Of a stretch of DNA of 64,000 bases, positions 48,817 through 58,719 are shown one piece after another. Both the position numbers and the translations under genes were made by a program. Positions within the stretch are counted from its first letter, which is position 1. Every line of letters starts with the position of its first letter. The notes under the pieces are model-generated. The model did no database searches. It was not told the origin of the DNA and was given only the letters and a program-made list of their open reading frames with translations. The DNA comes from Aquificaceae bacterium (GTDB lineage: Bacteria > Aquificota > Aquificia > Aquificales > Aquificaceae): positions 640,001-704,000 of the forward strand of contig JAXSNR010000001.1 of the NCBI GenBank assembly GCA_037925075.1, in the 5' to 3' direction.

Positions 48817-49574
48817 CGCCCCACCTCGCCCGGCAAAAGGAAGCCGTATTTAACTAAGATTTTTCTTGCCTCCGGAGATCCCACAAAGTGGTAAAACCTT
48901 TTCACACTTTTGAACTTCTCTCCTTCTTTGGTAATTCCATAGCCTTGAGCAAGTCTTTCGTGTTTTTCCTCTGGAATCAACCAGTATTTGCCCTTCGCCT
49001 GCATCTGGGGGGCTAATGCCAAAGATAAGGCTATTATGCCAACTTCCGCCGCACCTGAATACACAAAACTAGCAGTCTGAGATATGTTGTCTCCAAGTAC
49101 AAGCTTATCCTTTATCTTTTCAAAGACTCCGTATGCCTGTAGTGCCTCCTTTGATGCCCTTCCGTAGGGTGCATGCTCCCAGTTGGCTATGGCAATCCTT
49201 TTAACCCTTGGGTCAAGAAGAACCTCAGGAAACTTTGAAGGGTCAAGGGGAGAGTCTTTTCTGGTCCAAACCACTATTCTACCGACCGCGTACAGCTTTG
49301 GCTCCGTTGTTATATAACCCTCCCTGTAAAGCTCCTCCACATACTTCATGTTGGCGGAGAAATATATGTGAAAGGGTGCACCCGCCCTTATCTGTGCAAA
49401 GCCCTTGCCAGAAGAGCCAAAGATAAGCTCTATCTTGTCCTCGGGATACTTCTTCTCATAAAGCTCTACGATTTCTTTTAGTGCGTACTGCAGGTCTGCC
49501 GCTGCGAAAACCCTTATAAGCTCTGCACGAGAAAAACCAAAAACACAAAAAAGCAGGAAAACCAATATCTTCAA
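48813..49574 (-). CDS. modA: Molybdate ABC transporter substrate-binding protein
   Basis: FAAADL, FGSSG, GAPF..YFSAN, HAPYG. Confidence 0.92.
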   Translation of the reverse strand: MKILVFLLFCVFGFSRAELIRVFAAADLQYALKEIVELYEKKYPEDKIELIFGSSGKGFAQIRAGAPFHIYFSANMKYVEELYREGYITTEPKLYAVGRIVVWTRKDSPLDPSKFPEVLLDPRVKRIAIANWEHAPYGRASKEALQAYGVFEKIKDKLVLGDNISQTASFVYSGAAEVGIIALSLALAPQMQAKGKYWLIPEEKHERLAQGYGITKEGEKFKSVKRFYHFVGSPEARKILVKYGFLLPGEVGR

Positions 49575-50557
49575 ATTAATACCTCCTCGGTGGTTTTTTT
49601 CTCATATCCGGGCAAGTAAGAAAGGAGTCTAGTATGTGCCTTGCCTCTAAGGAAGTCAAGAAGTCTCAGAAAGTTGCTTTCATCTTCCAGCTCTTCCCTA
49701 TAGCAAAGACAGTAGTCCTCCCAAGTTATTCCGATAAATTCAAGCCCGTACTCAAGGGCATAGGCTTTTGTGGTAATGCCCGCATCTCCAAAGCCTTCCC
49801 TTAGACTAAAGGCTACCTTCTCATGTCCCCCAGAAACAACCCTGAATTTCTCTATTTCCATGTGCGCCCTCAGGTTTTCAAATACCCTCCTTGCGCCGCT
49901 TCCTTCTTCCCTCACAAGCCAAAGCCTTTTTCTAAGCTCTTCCATATGCCACCTTTCCCTTATGGCTATTCCCTCTTCCCAAGAAAAAAGCCTCAAAACC
50001 TTGTATCCTTTTCCAAGAAAGTCCTTTATTAACCTTATGTTTTCTTCAAAGGTTCCCATATGAACACCTGCCATATGGACCAGGTTGGCTTTTAAAAGTT
50101 CAAGAGCCTTCATGCTGGAAAGGTTTATCACCAAAAGCCTTATGCCCTCCTCTCTGAGAGCCTCAGATACGAGCCTGAAGGATGGATCACAACCTGCAAA
50201 GGTGTAAAGGGGTGTATACCTTCTTCTAAACCACTCCACTTTGCCCGCCTTAAAGTATCCTTCTGGATATTCTTTTGCTTCCAAAAGGTTTAAAGGAAAT
50301 AAAATTCTTCTGTTTCCTATGCGGTAGCTTACAAACAGACCTTCTGTAAAGCCAGGAAAGGTGGTAAGCTCTTCATCACCGAAAAGCTCCTCTACACCGC
50401 ATCTTAGTGCCCTTGCGAGTCTTATGGCGTAGTCTACGGAAGGCACCGCCCTGCCGGACTCTATGGAGCTTATGGTGGTTCTTGGAATGCCTGTAAGCCT
50501 TGCAAGCTCCTCCTGAGACAGGCCGAGCCTTTGTCGTGCTTCTTTTAGCCTGCGCAT
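49571..50557 (-). CDS. XRE-HTH regulator fused to a molybdate-binding PBP-like domain
   Basis: N-terminal HTH_3; AGCDP, SSMKAL, HMAGVH, REEGSGAR PBP_like motifs; first gene of the mod operon. Confidence 0.85.
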   Translation of the reverse strand: MRRLKEARQRLGLSQEELARLTGIPRTTISSIESGRAVPSVDYAIRLARALRCGVEELFGDEELTTFPGFTEGLFVSYRIGNRRILFPLNLLEAKEYPEGYFKAGKVEWFRRRYTPLYTFAGCDPSFRLVSEALREEGIRLLVINLSSMKALELLKANLVHMAGVHMGTFEENIRLIKDFLGKGYKVLRLFSWEEGIAIRERWHMEELRKRLWLVREEGSGARRVFENLRAHMEIEKFRVVSGGHEKVAFSLREGFGDAGITTKAYALEYGLEFIGITWEDYCLCYREELEDESNFLRLLDFLRGKAHTRLLSYLPGYEKKTTEEVLI

Positions 50558-50566
50558 CGACTGTAT

Positions 50567-50595
50567 ATCATAATACTATGACGAAAAATCGTCAA
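50567..50595 (-). promoter_or_regulatory. sigma70 promoter with overlapping palindromic operator
   Basis: TTGACG-17-TATGAT; TGACGA-N4-TCGTCA at 50579-50594. Confidence 0.7.
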
Positions 50596-50608
50596 GCCCC
50601 TTAGCCAT

Positions 50609-51262
50609 TCAATCTCCACATCTCAGTACAAAGGCTTGAACCTCCACAAGGCCCTCTTTTAGCATGTCTAAATCCCTTGCGGCAGAGTAAGATAGGTCAA
50701 GAACTCTCCCGGGCTTAAGAGGTCCTCTGTCTATAACCTTTACCACCACCTCCTTGCCCTTTTTGAGGTTTCTGACCCTGAGGAGGCTACCAAGGGGTAG
50801 GTCTGGGCTTGCGGCGTAGTAGCCGTAGGTATCGTACTTCATTCCGTAAGGAGTTTCCCTACCATGATAAGCTTCTGTGTAGTAGCTGGCAAGCCCCCTT
50901 ATTGTAACAGGGCATGTTCTTTTGTCATCCACGCCACACCTCTGAATTTCAAGCCTTGCGGGAAAGGGTTTATCCCCAAGAAGACCTTTAAACTTTTCAG
51001 GCACGCATACGCCTTTAATATCCTCTCTTCTGAAAACCGCTATGGTGATGCTTTTGCCAGTGGATAAGCTAACCACCCTTACCCTGCTTCCACTCTGGAC
51101 TAAACTGCTGTACGCCCTGTCTCCCTCACAGTAAAAACCTTCAGTGTGTAGGACCTGGGGGCAGTTAACCTTTAGCTCTTCTCTACCTTCTATAGACCTC
51201 TCCTGCACCACCACAGAACAGGAAAGGGCAAATACAGGCACCAAAAGTAAAAACCTTTTCAT
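50609..51262 (-). CDS. rlpA: RlpA-family lytic transglycosylase lipoprotein
   Basis: LSC lipobox; GLASYY...LPLGS...VIDRGP...RVLDLSYSAA. Confidence 0.85.
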   Translation of the reverse strand: MKRFLLLVPVFALSCSVVVQERSIEGREELKVNCPQVLHTEGFYCEGDRAYSSLVQSGSRVRVVSLSTGKSITIAVFRREDIKGVCVPEKFKGLLGDKPFPARLEIQRCGVDDKRTCPVTIRGLASYYTEAYHGRETPYGMKYDTYGYYAASPDLPLGSLLRVRNLKKGKEVVVKVIDRGPLKPGRVLDLSYSAARDLDMLKEGLVEVQAFVLRCGD

Positions 51263-52149
51263 AACCTTTTGAATATTATGGACAAAAGAAGCCCGTTTAT
51301 GTTTTGCACCAAGCTAAAAAGAGCACCCGGAAGGGCGGACTCTGGTGGAAAATACCTCAATGCAAGAACAGTAGCCAGCCCCGAGTTTTGCATGCCCACC
51401 TCTATGGAGAGGGTTTTTGCGTAAGCCCTATCAAGCCTTGCCACCCTTGCAAAGATGTACCCAAGAAGGAAGCCCAAAAGGTTATGAAGCACCACGAGCA
51501 GGAGTATTTGTAAAGTTAAGCCTTTTAGCCTCTCCGCATTAAGGGCAAAAACGGTGGCGATTATGACCCCGATAAAAAACACCGCAAGGTACGGCAGAAG
51601 TCCTTCAAGGTACATCACCCTTGGGAAAAATTTTCTGATAAAAATGCCCGCAACCACAGGCAGGAGGACTATAAGAAGAAGGTCCATAAACATGGACGCT
51701 AAGGGTACATCAACCCTCTTGCCTACGAGCACGTAGGTAAGGAAAGGGGTCATTATGGGAGAGATAAGGGTGGAGAAGGTGGTCATGCTTACCGAGTAGG
51801 CAAGGTTTCCACCTGAGAGGTAAGTTATCACGTTGGAGGCGGTGCCTCCGGGTGCAGACCCAACCAAGACAGACCCATACATAACCTTTTCCTCAACCCT
51901 GAGCAAAAGGGCAAGGCTGTATCCCAGCAAGGGCATGATGGTAAACTGCAAAAGTCCGGCGTACAGCACCCTTAGGGGTTTTCTAAAAACCTCGGAAAAC
52001 TCTTCTCCCTTTAGCGTTAAGCCCATGCTTAGCATGATAAGGGTAAGAAGGTATGGCACAGCGGGCTTTAGGTTTGAGAAAAGTTCTTTTGCATAAAGCC
52101 CCAAGAGGCTAAAGATTATTAGCACACCTACGGTTAGTATTGCCTGCAT
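51259..52149 (-). CDS. Bile acid:sodium symporter family transporter
   Basis: IMLSMGLTL, QFTIMP, PGGTASNV, SIEVGMQNSGL. Confidence 0.92.
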   Translation of the reverse strand: MQAILTVGVLIIFSLLGLYAKELFSNLKPAVPYLLTLIMLSMGLTLKGEEFSEVFRKPLRVLYAGLLQFTIMPLLGYSLALLLRVEEKVMYGSVLVGSAPGGTASNVITYLSGGNLAYSVSMTTFSTLISPIMTPFLTYVLVGKRVDVPLASMFMDLLLIVLLPVVAGIFIRKFFPRVMYLEGLLPYLAVFFIGVIIATVFALNAERLKGLTLQILLLVVLHNLLGFLLGYIFARVARLDRAYAKTLSIEVGMQNSGLATVLALRYFPPESALPGALFSLVQNINGLLLSIIFKRL

Positions 52150-52166
52150 ACTGCTATAATATATCC

Positions 52167-52988
52167 ATGAAGCTTCTGCTCCTTATTCTTTTGATTTTTA
52201 ACATCACCCTTGCCAAGGTTGTGGCGCGTATAGATAAGGAGCAAATAACCTCCGCGGAGCTTCAGCAAGCCTTTAACGCCTATTGGAGAGAAATACTTCA
52301 TCTTCCCATAGCCAGGTCTACCCCCAGAGACCTCCAGGAATTTCTCGTGGAGTATGTGAGGAGCAAAATAATACAGATGGAAGCCAAGAGGATGGGCATA
52401 TCTGTGACCTCAAGGGAGTTTGAAGAGTATGTGGAGAAACACGTGGGCACAAAGAATCTAAGTGATGTGGCAAGGGAGCTTATAACTATGGAGATACTGA
52501 GCCAGAAGATAATAAACAGGGTGGCAGGAGACCTCGATATCAAGGAAGGACAGATAACCGCTTACTACTACCTTAACCTAAGGGATTTTAAACTTCCTGC
52601 GCAGGTCCTTTTGGAAAGGTACACCACCGATAGCCTTGACACAGCCAATGAGGTATACTACAGCCTTTCAAGGGGTCAACCTCTGAAGGGAGAGGGTGTG
52701 AGGGTGGGTCAGCCCATGTGGTATTCTATTCAGACACTGCCAGAAGTAGTAAGACGCCAGCTTTATCCCTATGAGATGGGTAGGGCTACGAAGCCTATAG
52801 AGGTTGGTGGAAGCTATGTTATCTTCAGGGTGGCGGATAGAAGGGGAAGTGGTATAATGCCCCTTGAGGAGGCAAAGCCTATAGTAAGGGAAAAGCTCCT
52901 TAGGGAAAAAAGGCAGGAGGTATTCCAAAAATGGTTTCAGGAAGCTTCAAAAAGGTACTCTGTGGAGTTTTACTTTGGACAGCTCTGA
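52167..52988 (+). CDS. SurA/PrsA-like peptidyl-prolyl isomerase chaperone
   Basis: Signal peptide, VVARID.EQIT, AKRMGISVT, degenerate parvulin domain. Confidence 0.75.
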   Translation: MKLLLLILLIFNITLAKVVARIDKEQITSAELQQAFNAYWREILHLPIARSTPRDLQEFLVEYVRSKIIQMEAKRMGISVTSREFEEYVEKHVGTKNLSDVARELITMEILSQKIINRVAGDLDIKEGQITAYYYLNLRDFKLPAQVLLERYTTDSLDTANEVYYSLSRGQPLKGEGVRVGQPMWYSIQTLPEVVRRQLYPYEMGRATKPIEVGGSYVIFRVADRRGSGIMPLEEAKPIVREKLLREKRQEVFQKWFQEASKRYSVEFYFGQL

Positions 52989-53773
52989 GCTTTCCCGCGG
53001 TCTTGGTGGATAGGGTGGTTGCCTTTGTAAATTCAGAGCCTATTCTTGAAAGCGACATAAAGATGGGTATGCTATACTATGCTACCTCAGACAGGAAACA
53101 GATTCTCAACAAGCTTTTGGAAGACATGCTCTTTTATCAGTTTCTTACGGGAAGAGGCTTGCAAGCCCCTTCTGAACTTATAGAGGAAGCTCTCCAAAAC
53201 ATTGCAAAGGCCAACAAAACAACCCTTGAAGGCATAGCCCAAGAGCTTGCAAAAGAAAGCCTCAGTCTTCAGGACCTTAGGAGATTCTTAGAAAGAGAAC
53301 TTCTTGCCACACAAGGGCTTAGTGCTTTCCTTGAGAGAGAAGTTAAGGTCTCTAATGTGGAGCTTGAGCTGGAAAGACTAAAAAGCGGTAATGTAAAGGT
53401 GGTTAGGGAAATAGAACTTCTTGTGATTGACAGAAAAGATGAAGGGAAGTTAAGGACAACCTTTAGCCCAGAGAAGGGGCTTGAGAAGCTGGCTCAGGAG
53501 ATGGGCTTGAGCTTAGAAAAACTGAAGGTTGGAAAGGGTGAGTTGGTTGAGCCCTTAGACAGAGAAGTTTGGAAAGTAAATGTGGGTGGGCTTGCTTTTG
53601 CTGAAGACAAGGAGCATATATACATGGCCAGGGTTTTGTCGCAGGAGGAGGTAGTTGAGGGTAAAAGCGCGGAGGAACTAAAGCAGGAAATCCTTCTAAG
53701 AAAGTTGGAAGCCAGAAGAAAGGAGCTTCTTGAAAGGCTAAGAAAGAACAGCTTTATAAAGATAGTCCAATAA
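52931..53773 (+). CDS. SurA N-terminal domain chaperone
   Basis: VDRVVAFVNSEPILESD...IAKAN...LRKNSFIKI. Confidence 0.75.
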   Translation: MVSGSFKKVLCGVLLWTALSFPAVLVDRVVAFVNSEPILESDIKMGMLYYATSDRKQILNKLLEDMLFYQFLTGRGLQAPSELIEEALQNIAKANKTTLEGIAQELAKESLSLQDLRRFLERELLATQGLSAFLEREVKVSNVELELERLKSGNVKVVREIELLVIDRKDEGKLRTTFSPEKGLEKLAQEMGLSLEKLKVGKGELVEPLDREVWKVNVGGLAFAEDKEHIYMARVLSQEEVVEGKSAEELKQEILLRKLEARRKELLERLRKNSFIKIVQ

Positions 53774-54535
53774 CTCTGTAAGGTTGTCAAAAACAAGGTC
53801 TGGTCTAAATTGAGCCTTTAAAAGCTCTTCCCTCTTGTACTTACCTGTGGTCATGAATACGGTCTTTATGCCAAGATCCTTTGCACCCATCAGGTCTGTG
53901 TATAGGTCGTCGCTCACCAGATATATCTCATCACCCTTTAGACCTTCTAAGGCATACTTTATAAACTCTTCAGAAGGCTTTCCAAGGTTTGGCAAATCCT
54001 CACGGTAGTTGCAAGCGTAGGCTATAGCAAGGGCAACAGAACCAGCACCAAGAAAGTAAAGCCCGTCGTCGTCTTTTACTATCCTACTGAGGTTTATGGG
54101 AATTATCCTTGCTCCACTAAGGAAGACTGCGGAGGTTGCGGTCTTAAGTTTTCCAAAGTCCAAGTTTTTGTCCTGACCTATAACTACCGCGTCTACCCTA
54201 TGGTCCTGAACCACTTCAAAGCCAAGAGCTTTTAGGTATTCTTCAACGACTGGCATACCTACAAAGAACACCCTCTTTATGCCATGCCTTTTAAGATAGT
54301 CTCCAAGAAGGGACAAGGGAGATATAAACTCCTCATCTTTAAGTTCAACACCCTTTTCTCTCAGTTCCCTCAGAAGTTTTTCCGGTGGCCTTGTGGAGTT
54401 GTTGGAAACCAATCTAAAGGGAACCTTTAGCTTCCTAAGGTTCTCAAGGAAGTTTATTGTATCTTCAAAAGGGTTTAAAGCCTTGTCCTTTACCAGAACA
54501 CCGTCAAGGTCCAGTAATAAGATGGGAAGGCTCAT
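53738..54535 (-). CDS. HAD-IIA family hydrolase (NagD-like)
   Basis: LDLDGVL, SNNS, GKPS, SDDLYTDL, TGKY. Confidence 0.88.
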   Translation of the reverse strand: MSLPILLLDLDGVLVKDKALNPFEDTINFLENLRKLKVPFRLVSNNSTRPPEKLLRELREKGVELKDEEFISPLSLLGDYLKRHGIKRVFFVGMPVVEEYLKALGFEVVQDHRVDAVVIGQDKNLDFGKLKTATSAVFLSGARIIPINLSRIVKDDDGLYFLGAGSVALAIAYACNYREDLPNLGKPSEEFIKYALEGLKGDEIYLVSDDLYTDLMGAKDLGIKTVFMTTGKYKREELLKAQFRPDLVFDNLTELLDYLYKAVLS

Positions 54536-54771
54536 TGCCTAAAGGGTATGCTGATCCAGAGCTCGTCAAAATCATCCACACCCTTTCTTATATCTACCTC
54601 TATCTTATTAACCTCAAATTGGGAATACTTGGAAAATACATATATAAGGTCATCCCTTAGCTTTTCAACAAAATTGGGTGGAAGGCCCTTCCTTTCGTAG
54701 GAGAGAACCAGGGTAAGCCTCCTTTTAGCTTCATCCTTGCTCTTACCCCTGTTAAAGAGAAACCCCCACAT
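54532..54771 (-). CDS. minE: Cell division topological specificity factor
   Basis: SKDEAKRRLTLVLSYER; downstream of minD. Confidence 0.92.
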   Translation of the reverse strand: MWGFLFNRGKSKDEAKRRLTLVLSYERKGLPPNFVEKLRDDLIYVFSKYSQFEVNKIEVDIRKGVDDFDELWISIPFRQ

Positions 54772-54776
54772 CCTTC

Positions 54777-55565
54777 TTATCTCCCTAAGAGTCTTTCAAA
54801 AAGTCCTTTTTTCTCGCCGTATCGGATCATGGGAACATCTTCACCTTCGAGCCTTCTTGCCATGTCCATGATGGCTTTTGAAGCGTTGTATTCCTTTGAA
54901 AGAACTATGGGTTCTCCTCTGTTGGTAAAGTCCACAAGCTTTGGCTCTTCTGGCACTATACCTATAGGTTGGGCTTTTAGTATATCTACTATGTCCTCTA
55001 CCGAGAGCATCTCACCCTTTTTAACGCTTTCCCACTTTATCCTGTTGATCACAAGATAGTACTCCTTTTTGCCCATGTTTTCCAAAAGTCCTATTATCCT
55101 GTCTGCATCCCTTATGGAAGAAACTTCAGGGTTTACCACCACCAAGGCAATGTCTGCGGGCAAGGCGGCTATCTGAAAACCCTGTTCTATACCAGCGGGG
55201 GAGTCTATAAATATGTAATCGTATTCACCAGATTCTTTTATTCTGTTTATTAGCTCTACCCACCTGTCTCTGTCTATAGCGTCTTTGTTTTTTGTCTGGT
55301 TTGCGGGAAGAAGCCATAGGGTTAGCCCTCTCTTGTCCTTTACAAGAGCCTTATGAAACTCAACTCTACCCTCAAGTACATCAAGCACATCGTAAACTAT
55401 CCTGTTTTCAAGCCCCAGTATCATATCAAGGTTTCTCAGACCTATGTCTGCATCTACCGCAAGAACTCTTCTGCCAAAGCTTGCAAGAGCAATACTTAAG
55501 TTGGCGGTTATAGTGGTTTTACCTACACCCCCCTTTCCAGATGTAACCACAAAAACTTTACTCAT
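54777..55565 (-). CDS. minD: Septum site-determining protein MinD
   Basis: TSGKGGVGKTT, DIGLRNLD, DSPAGIEQG, C-terminal amphipathic helix. Confidence 0.97.
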   Translation of the reverse strand: MSKVFVVTSGKGGVGKTTITANLSIALASFGRRVLAVDADIGLRNLDMILGLENRIVYDVLDVLEGRVEFHKALVKDKRGLTLWLLPANQTKNKDAIDRDRWVELINRIKESGEYDYIFIDSPAGIEQGFQIAALPADIALVVVNPEVSSIRDADRIIGLLENMGKKEYYLVINRIKWESVKKGEMLSVEDIVDILKAQPIGIVPEEPKLVDFTNRGEPIVLSKEYNASKAIMDMARRLEGEDVPMIRYGEKKGLFERLLGR

Positions 55566-56141
55566 CTAGACCCTCTCAAGTATTATATTACCATCTTCGA
55601 CCTTTGCAATCTCAGGATAGCCCGGAGATTTTCTTTCCTCCTCATCCATTATGGCAACCTTCTTTCCTATTCTAATCTGCTGTGGCTCCATTTCCAGGGC
55701 AACTACAACTGCCTTTTCGTCTCCTAGAGCTCCTGCTATAGCTATGCCTCTAAGCTTTCCCATAACTATAATGTTACCCGTTGCCACTACCTGTGCATCC
55801 TTGTTTACATCACCCAAAATTAGTATGTCCCCGTTGTGCTCCACCCTTTGTCCTGACCTTAGATGCCTTTGAACCACTAAAAGCCTCTCCTTCCTACTTG
55901 TTTCTAAGCCTGCAAAGCTTAATCTTTTTACGCTTTTTATGTTCCTTTCCGTAAGAGCCTTTTCTATCTTTTCAATCTCTCCCCTCTTAAGCAATCCCTT
56001 TCCATCTATAAGTACATAACTCCCTTCAAAAAGCTTTGAGGAAACCTTATGCTCTATTTCTTCTACCAGGGAATTTATATCCCCTCCTTCTTTTATCTCT
56101 ATCACCACAACAGGAAGATTGATACCCTTTATCTCCACCAT
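55566..56141 (-). CDS. minC: Septum site-determining protein MinC
   Basis: LRSGQ, GDVN, GNIIVMGKLRG.AIAG. Confidence 0.93.
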   Translation of the reverse strand: MVEIKGINLPVVVIEIKEGGDINSLVEEIEHKVSSKLFEGSYVLIDGKGLLKRGEIEKIEKALTERNIKSVKRLSFAGLETSRKERLLVVQRHLRSGQRVEHNGDILILGDVNKDAQVVATGNIIVMGKLRGIAIAGALGDEKAVVVALEMEPQQIRIGKKVAIMDEEERKSPGYPEIAKVEDGNIILERV

Positions 56142-56146
56142 GTTTT

Positions 56147-56222
56147 TGGCTCCGGGGGAGGGACTCGAACCCCCAACCTGACGGTTAACAGCCGCCTGCT
56201 CTGCCCGTTGAGCTACCCCGGA
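56147..56222 (-). tRNA. tRNA-Asn (GTT)
   Basis: Reverse complement TCCGGGGTAGCTCAA...CTGTTAA...GGTTCGAGTCC...CCCGGAGCCA, 76 nt. Confidence 0.95.
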
Positions 56223-56270
56223 TTCAATAATATATTATACACCCATTTAATCCTTTGGTATACTTTTATC

Positions 56271-57416
56271 GTGCTGAGAAACTGGGATGGGTGGATTGTT
56301 TTTAGCGTGGTTTCTTTGTTTCTGGTGGGGGAGGTTGTAATAATCAGCGTTAACTTAGTTCCGTATTTTATGGACTCTTACAAAAATCTTGGCATATACA
56401 AAAAACCACTCCTTCAACTTATGGTTTTCTCCTTTGGTTTTATGCTGGCAAGTTTTCTTGCAAGGTTTGATTACAAAAAATACATGAGCGGAGCTTTTCC
56501 GTATCTTTTTGCCCTTTCTGCTGTTTTTAGCCTCTTGGTAGTCTTTTTGAAAAAGATACTAACTGGAAAGTCCATTGATAGGTGGCTTTTGGAGGGAAGT
56601 ATCCAGCCCATGGAGTTTGCCAAGATTGCCCTTGTTGTGTTCCTCTCCTACTATATAGTGCGAAAAGGAAACCTAAGGCAATGGAAACATCTTTTCTGGG
56701 CTTTACTTTTCCCCATTTTTATGGTTCTTTTGCTTCTTGCACAACCCGATAAGGGTGGAGCGGTTTTTATACTTCTGATAACATCCCTTATGGTTTATGT
56801 GGGTGGTGTTCCCAAAAGGGTCTATTTCATAGTGATTCCTATATTTTCTTTTATGGCTTACCACATACTTACCTCAAAAGGCTATGTGGCAGAGAGGCTT
56901 TCCGCGTGGAAAGACCCTTTTCTGGACGCAGAAGACAGTGGATACCAGATAATACAGTCCCTTTATGCCCTTGCTAAGGGTGGGTTCATAGGAATAGGCA
57001 TGGGTCAAGGTCTTCAAAAACTTGGACCTTTGCCGGCTTCCGATACAGACTATGTGATTGCTATTGTAGGGGAGGAGATGGGCTTTTTGGGTGTTCTTCT
57101 TGTCATAATCCTCTACGCTATACTGGTGGGAAGATTGCTATGGTATGCCTTAAGGGCTAGGGGGCAAATGGAAAAGCTTCTACTTTTTGGAACCGCCATG
57201 AACCTTGCTCTTTCCTTTCTTTGGAACCTTGCCATGGCTTCAAACCTTATACCTCCAAAGGGGATAGCCCTACCCTTTGTAAGCTATGGCTCTTCTAACC
57301 TTCTCGCATCCCTGATTTTTCTTGGTATAGCCCAGTCGGTTGTAAACCATCAGGAAGGGACCTTCTTCAGTGAATCAAGAACATCATCCACACTTACCGC
57401 CTTTAAACATGCATAG
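56271..57416 (+). CDS. ftsW: SEDS family peptidoglycan polymerase (FtsW/RodA)
   Basis: IQPMEFAK, QPDKG, GYQIIQS, TDYV.AIVGEEMG, PKGIALPFVSYGSS. The GTG start is chosen because the longer ORF would overlap tRNA-Asn. Confidence 0.85.
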   Translation: MLRNWDGWIVFSVVSLFLVGEVVIISVNLVPYFMDSYKNLGIYKKPLLQLMVFSFGFMLASFLARFDYKKYMSGAFPYLFALSAVFSLLVVFLKKILTGKSIDRWLLEGSIQPMEFAKIALVVFLSYYIVRKGNLRQWKHLFWALLFPIFMVLLLLAQPDKGGAVFILLITSLMVYVGGVPKRVYFIVIPIFSFMAYHILTSKGYVAERLSAWKDPFLDAEDSGYQIIQSLYALAKGGFIGIGMGQGLQKLGPLPASDTDYVIAIVGEEMGFLGVLLVIILYAILVGRLLWYALRARGQMEKLLLFGTAMNLALSFLWNLAMASNLIPPKGIALPFVSYGSSNLLASLIFLGIAQSVVNHQEGTFFSESRTSSTLTAFKHA

Positions 57417-58294
57417 GTTCCTGTTTTGCATAACTTAGGGTTTGGCGAACAGGGTGAGCAGTGAAGTTGGGGCTTTAGATATTCACCTATCAATGGATAA
57501 AAGCCATATTCTGGTGAGGTTGAAGTATATACGCTGATGGCAGGAATTCCAAGGGCGTTGGCTATATGCACGGGTGCTGAGTCGCAAGAGATGACAACCT
57601 TTGACAGACTTATTACAGCCATAAGCTCTCTCAGAGTGGTTTTGCCCACGAGGTTTATGGAAGGGGTCTCTTCAAAAATGCCTGCCTTGTCTTTATCCCT
57701 CTCCACTCCAATCACCACCGAAGGAATCTCTAACCTTTTGGAAAGCTCCACCCATCCTTCAAGGTTCCACTCTTTTAGCCTAAAGTTGGAAAAGGGAGAA
57801 AGCACCACAAAAGCCTCTGGAAGGCTAAACTTTTCCTTTACTTGCTCTTTTTCTTCCTCCGATACATACAGGTAAGGCCTTCTTTCAAAGCTCCTTATAC
57901 CCAAGGATTTCAAAAGCTCAAGGTTTCTGTCCACCTCATGTATTCCCCATCTGTGCTTCACCGTGTGCGTGTAAAGCCATCTTAGCTCCGACCTGTCAAA
58001 GCCAATCCTTACCGGCACGCCCGCAAAGAAGAGTATAAGGGCACTCCTTGCAGAAATGTGAGGGCTTATAGCTATATGGTAATCCTTGATCCTTTCAACT
58101 ATTTCAAAACTTTCCCAAAGACCCTTATCAAAGGTTATAAGCTCTACATCCAATCCCTTTAAAAGGTCTTTTATAAAGCTCCTTCCCACAAAGGCTATCT
58201 GTGAGGAGGGAAAGCACCTTTTAAGCGTCCTTATAAGGGGAGTGGTGAGAACCACATCCCCAAGGTAAGCGGTTTGCCATATGAGGACCTTCAT
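57350..58294 (-). CDS. Glycosyltransferase family 9 (LPS heptosyltransferase-like)
   Basis: QTAYLGDVVLTTP, HEVDRNL, KEW, DSAPVHIA.ALG. Confidence 0.88.
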   Translation of the reverse strand: MKVLIWQTAYLGDVVLTTPLIRTLKRCFPSSQIAFVGRSFIKDLLKGLDVELITFDKGLWESFEIVERIKDYHIAISPHISARSALILFFAGVPVRIGFDRSELRWLYTHTVKHRWGIHEVDRNLELLKSLGIRSFERRPYLYVSEEEKEQVKEKFSLPEAFVVLSPFSNFRLKEWNLEGWVELSKRLEIPSVVIGVERDKDKAGIFEETPSINLVGKTTLRELMAVISLSKVVISCDSAPVHIANALGIPAISVYTSTSPEYGFYPLIGEYLKPQLHCSPCSPNPKLCKTGTYACLKAVSVDDVLDSLKKVPS

Positions 58295-58719
58295 CTAATC
58301 CCAGATATACTGGCTATCTTCCACTTCTTTTCATCCTTTATCACTATAAAGGTAAATATCTTTTCAACGCCCCCCTTGTCTATAACCTTCACCATAACCT
58401 CCGCGTGCTTGTCATCTATTTTGCTTGCATCAAGCACTTTAACCTTCTTTATGTTCTCTCCCATGGAAGACAAAAGACAGGCAAGCACTTCCGATGGCTT
58501 CATCTCGGTAAGCTGTAGGGGAAGCTTTACATCCTGCACTAAGGCATCCCTAAAGGGAGGGTACAAAAGCTTTACCGCCTCTTTGCCTTCACCATCTCTT
58601 ATCTCTTCAATAAAGTCCTTTACAAGGTTTCTTGCGGACTTTTCTGGGTTTTCTCCGCAAGCCCTGAAAACAAAAAAGGCAAGGAGTACAGCTCCAACCG
58701 CAAGGGCAACCTTTTTCAT
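58291..58719 (-). CDS. Hypothetical exported protein (NTF2-like / DUF4878-like)
   Basis: Signal/lipoprotein-like N-terminus and C-terminal KWKI; coupled to both neighbours. Confidence 0.6.
   Translation of the reverse strand: MKKVALAVGAVLLAFFVFRACGENPEKSARNLVKDFIEEIRDGEGKEAVKLLYPPFRDALVQDVKLPLQLTEMKPSEVLACLLSSMGENIKKVKVLDASKIDDKHAEVMVKVIDKGGVEKIFTFIVIKDEKKWKIASISGIR

Noticed and set aside
56049..56270. N-terminal extension of FtsW in the ORF track
   Set aside because: It overlaps tRNA-Asn and minC on the opposite strand; the GTG at 56271 follows a -10 box.
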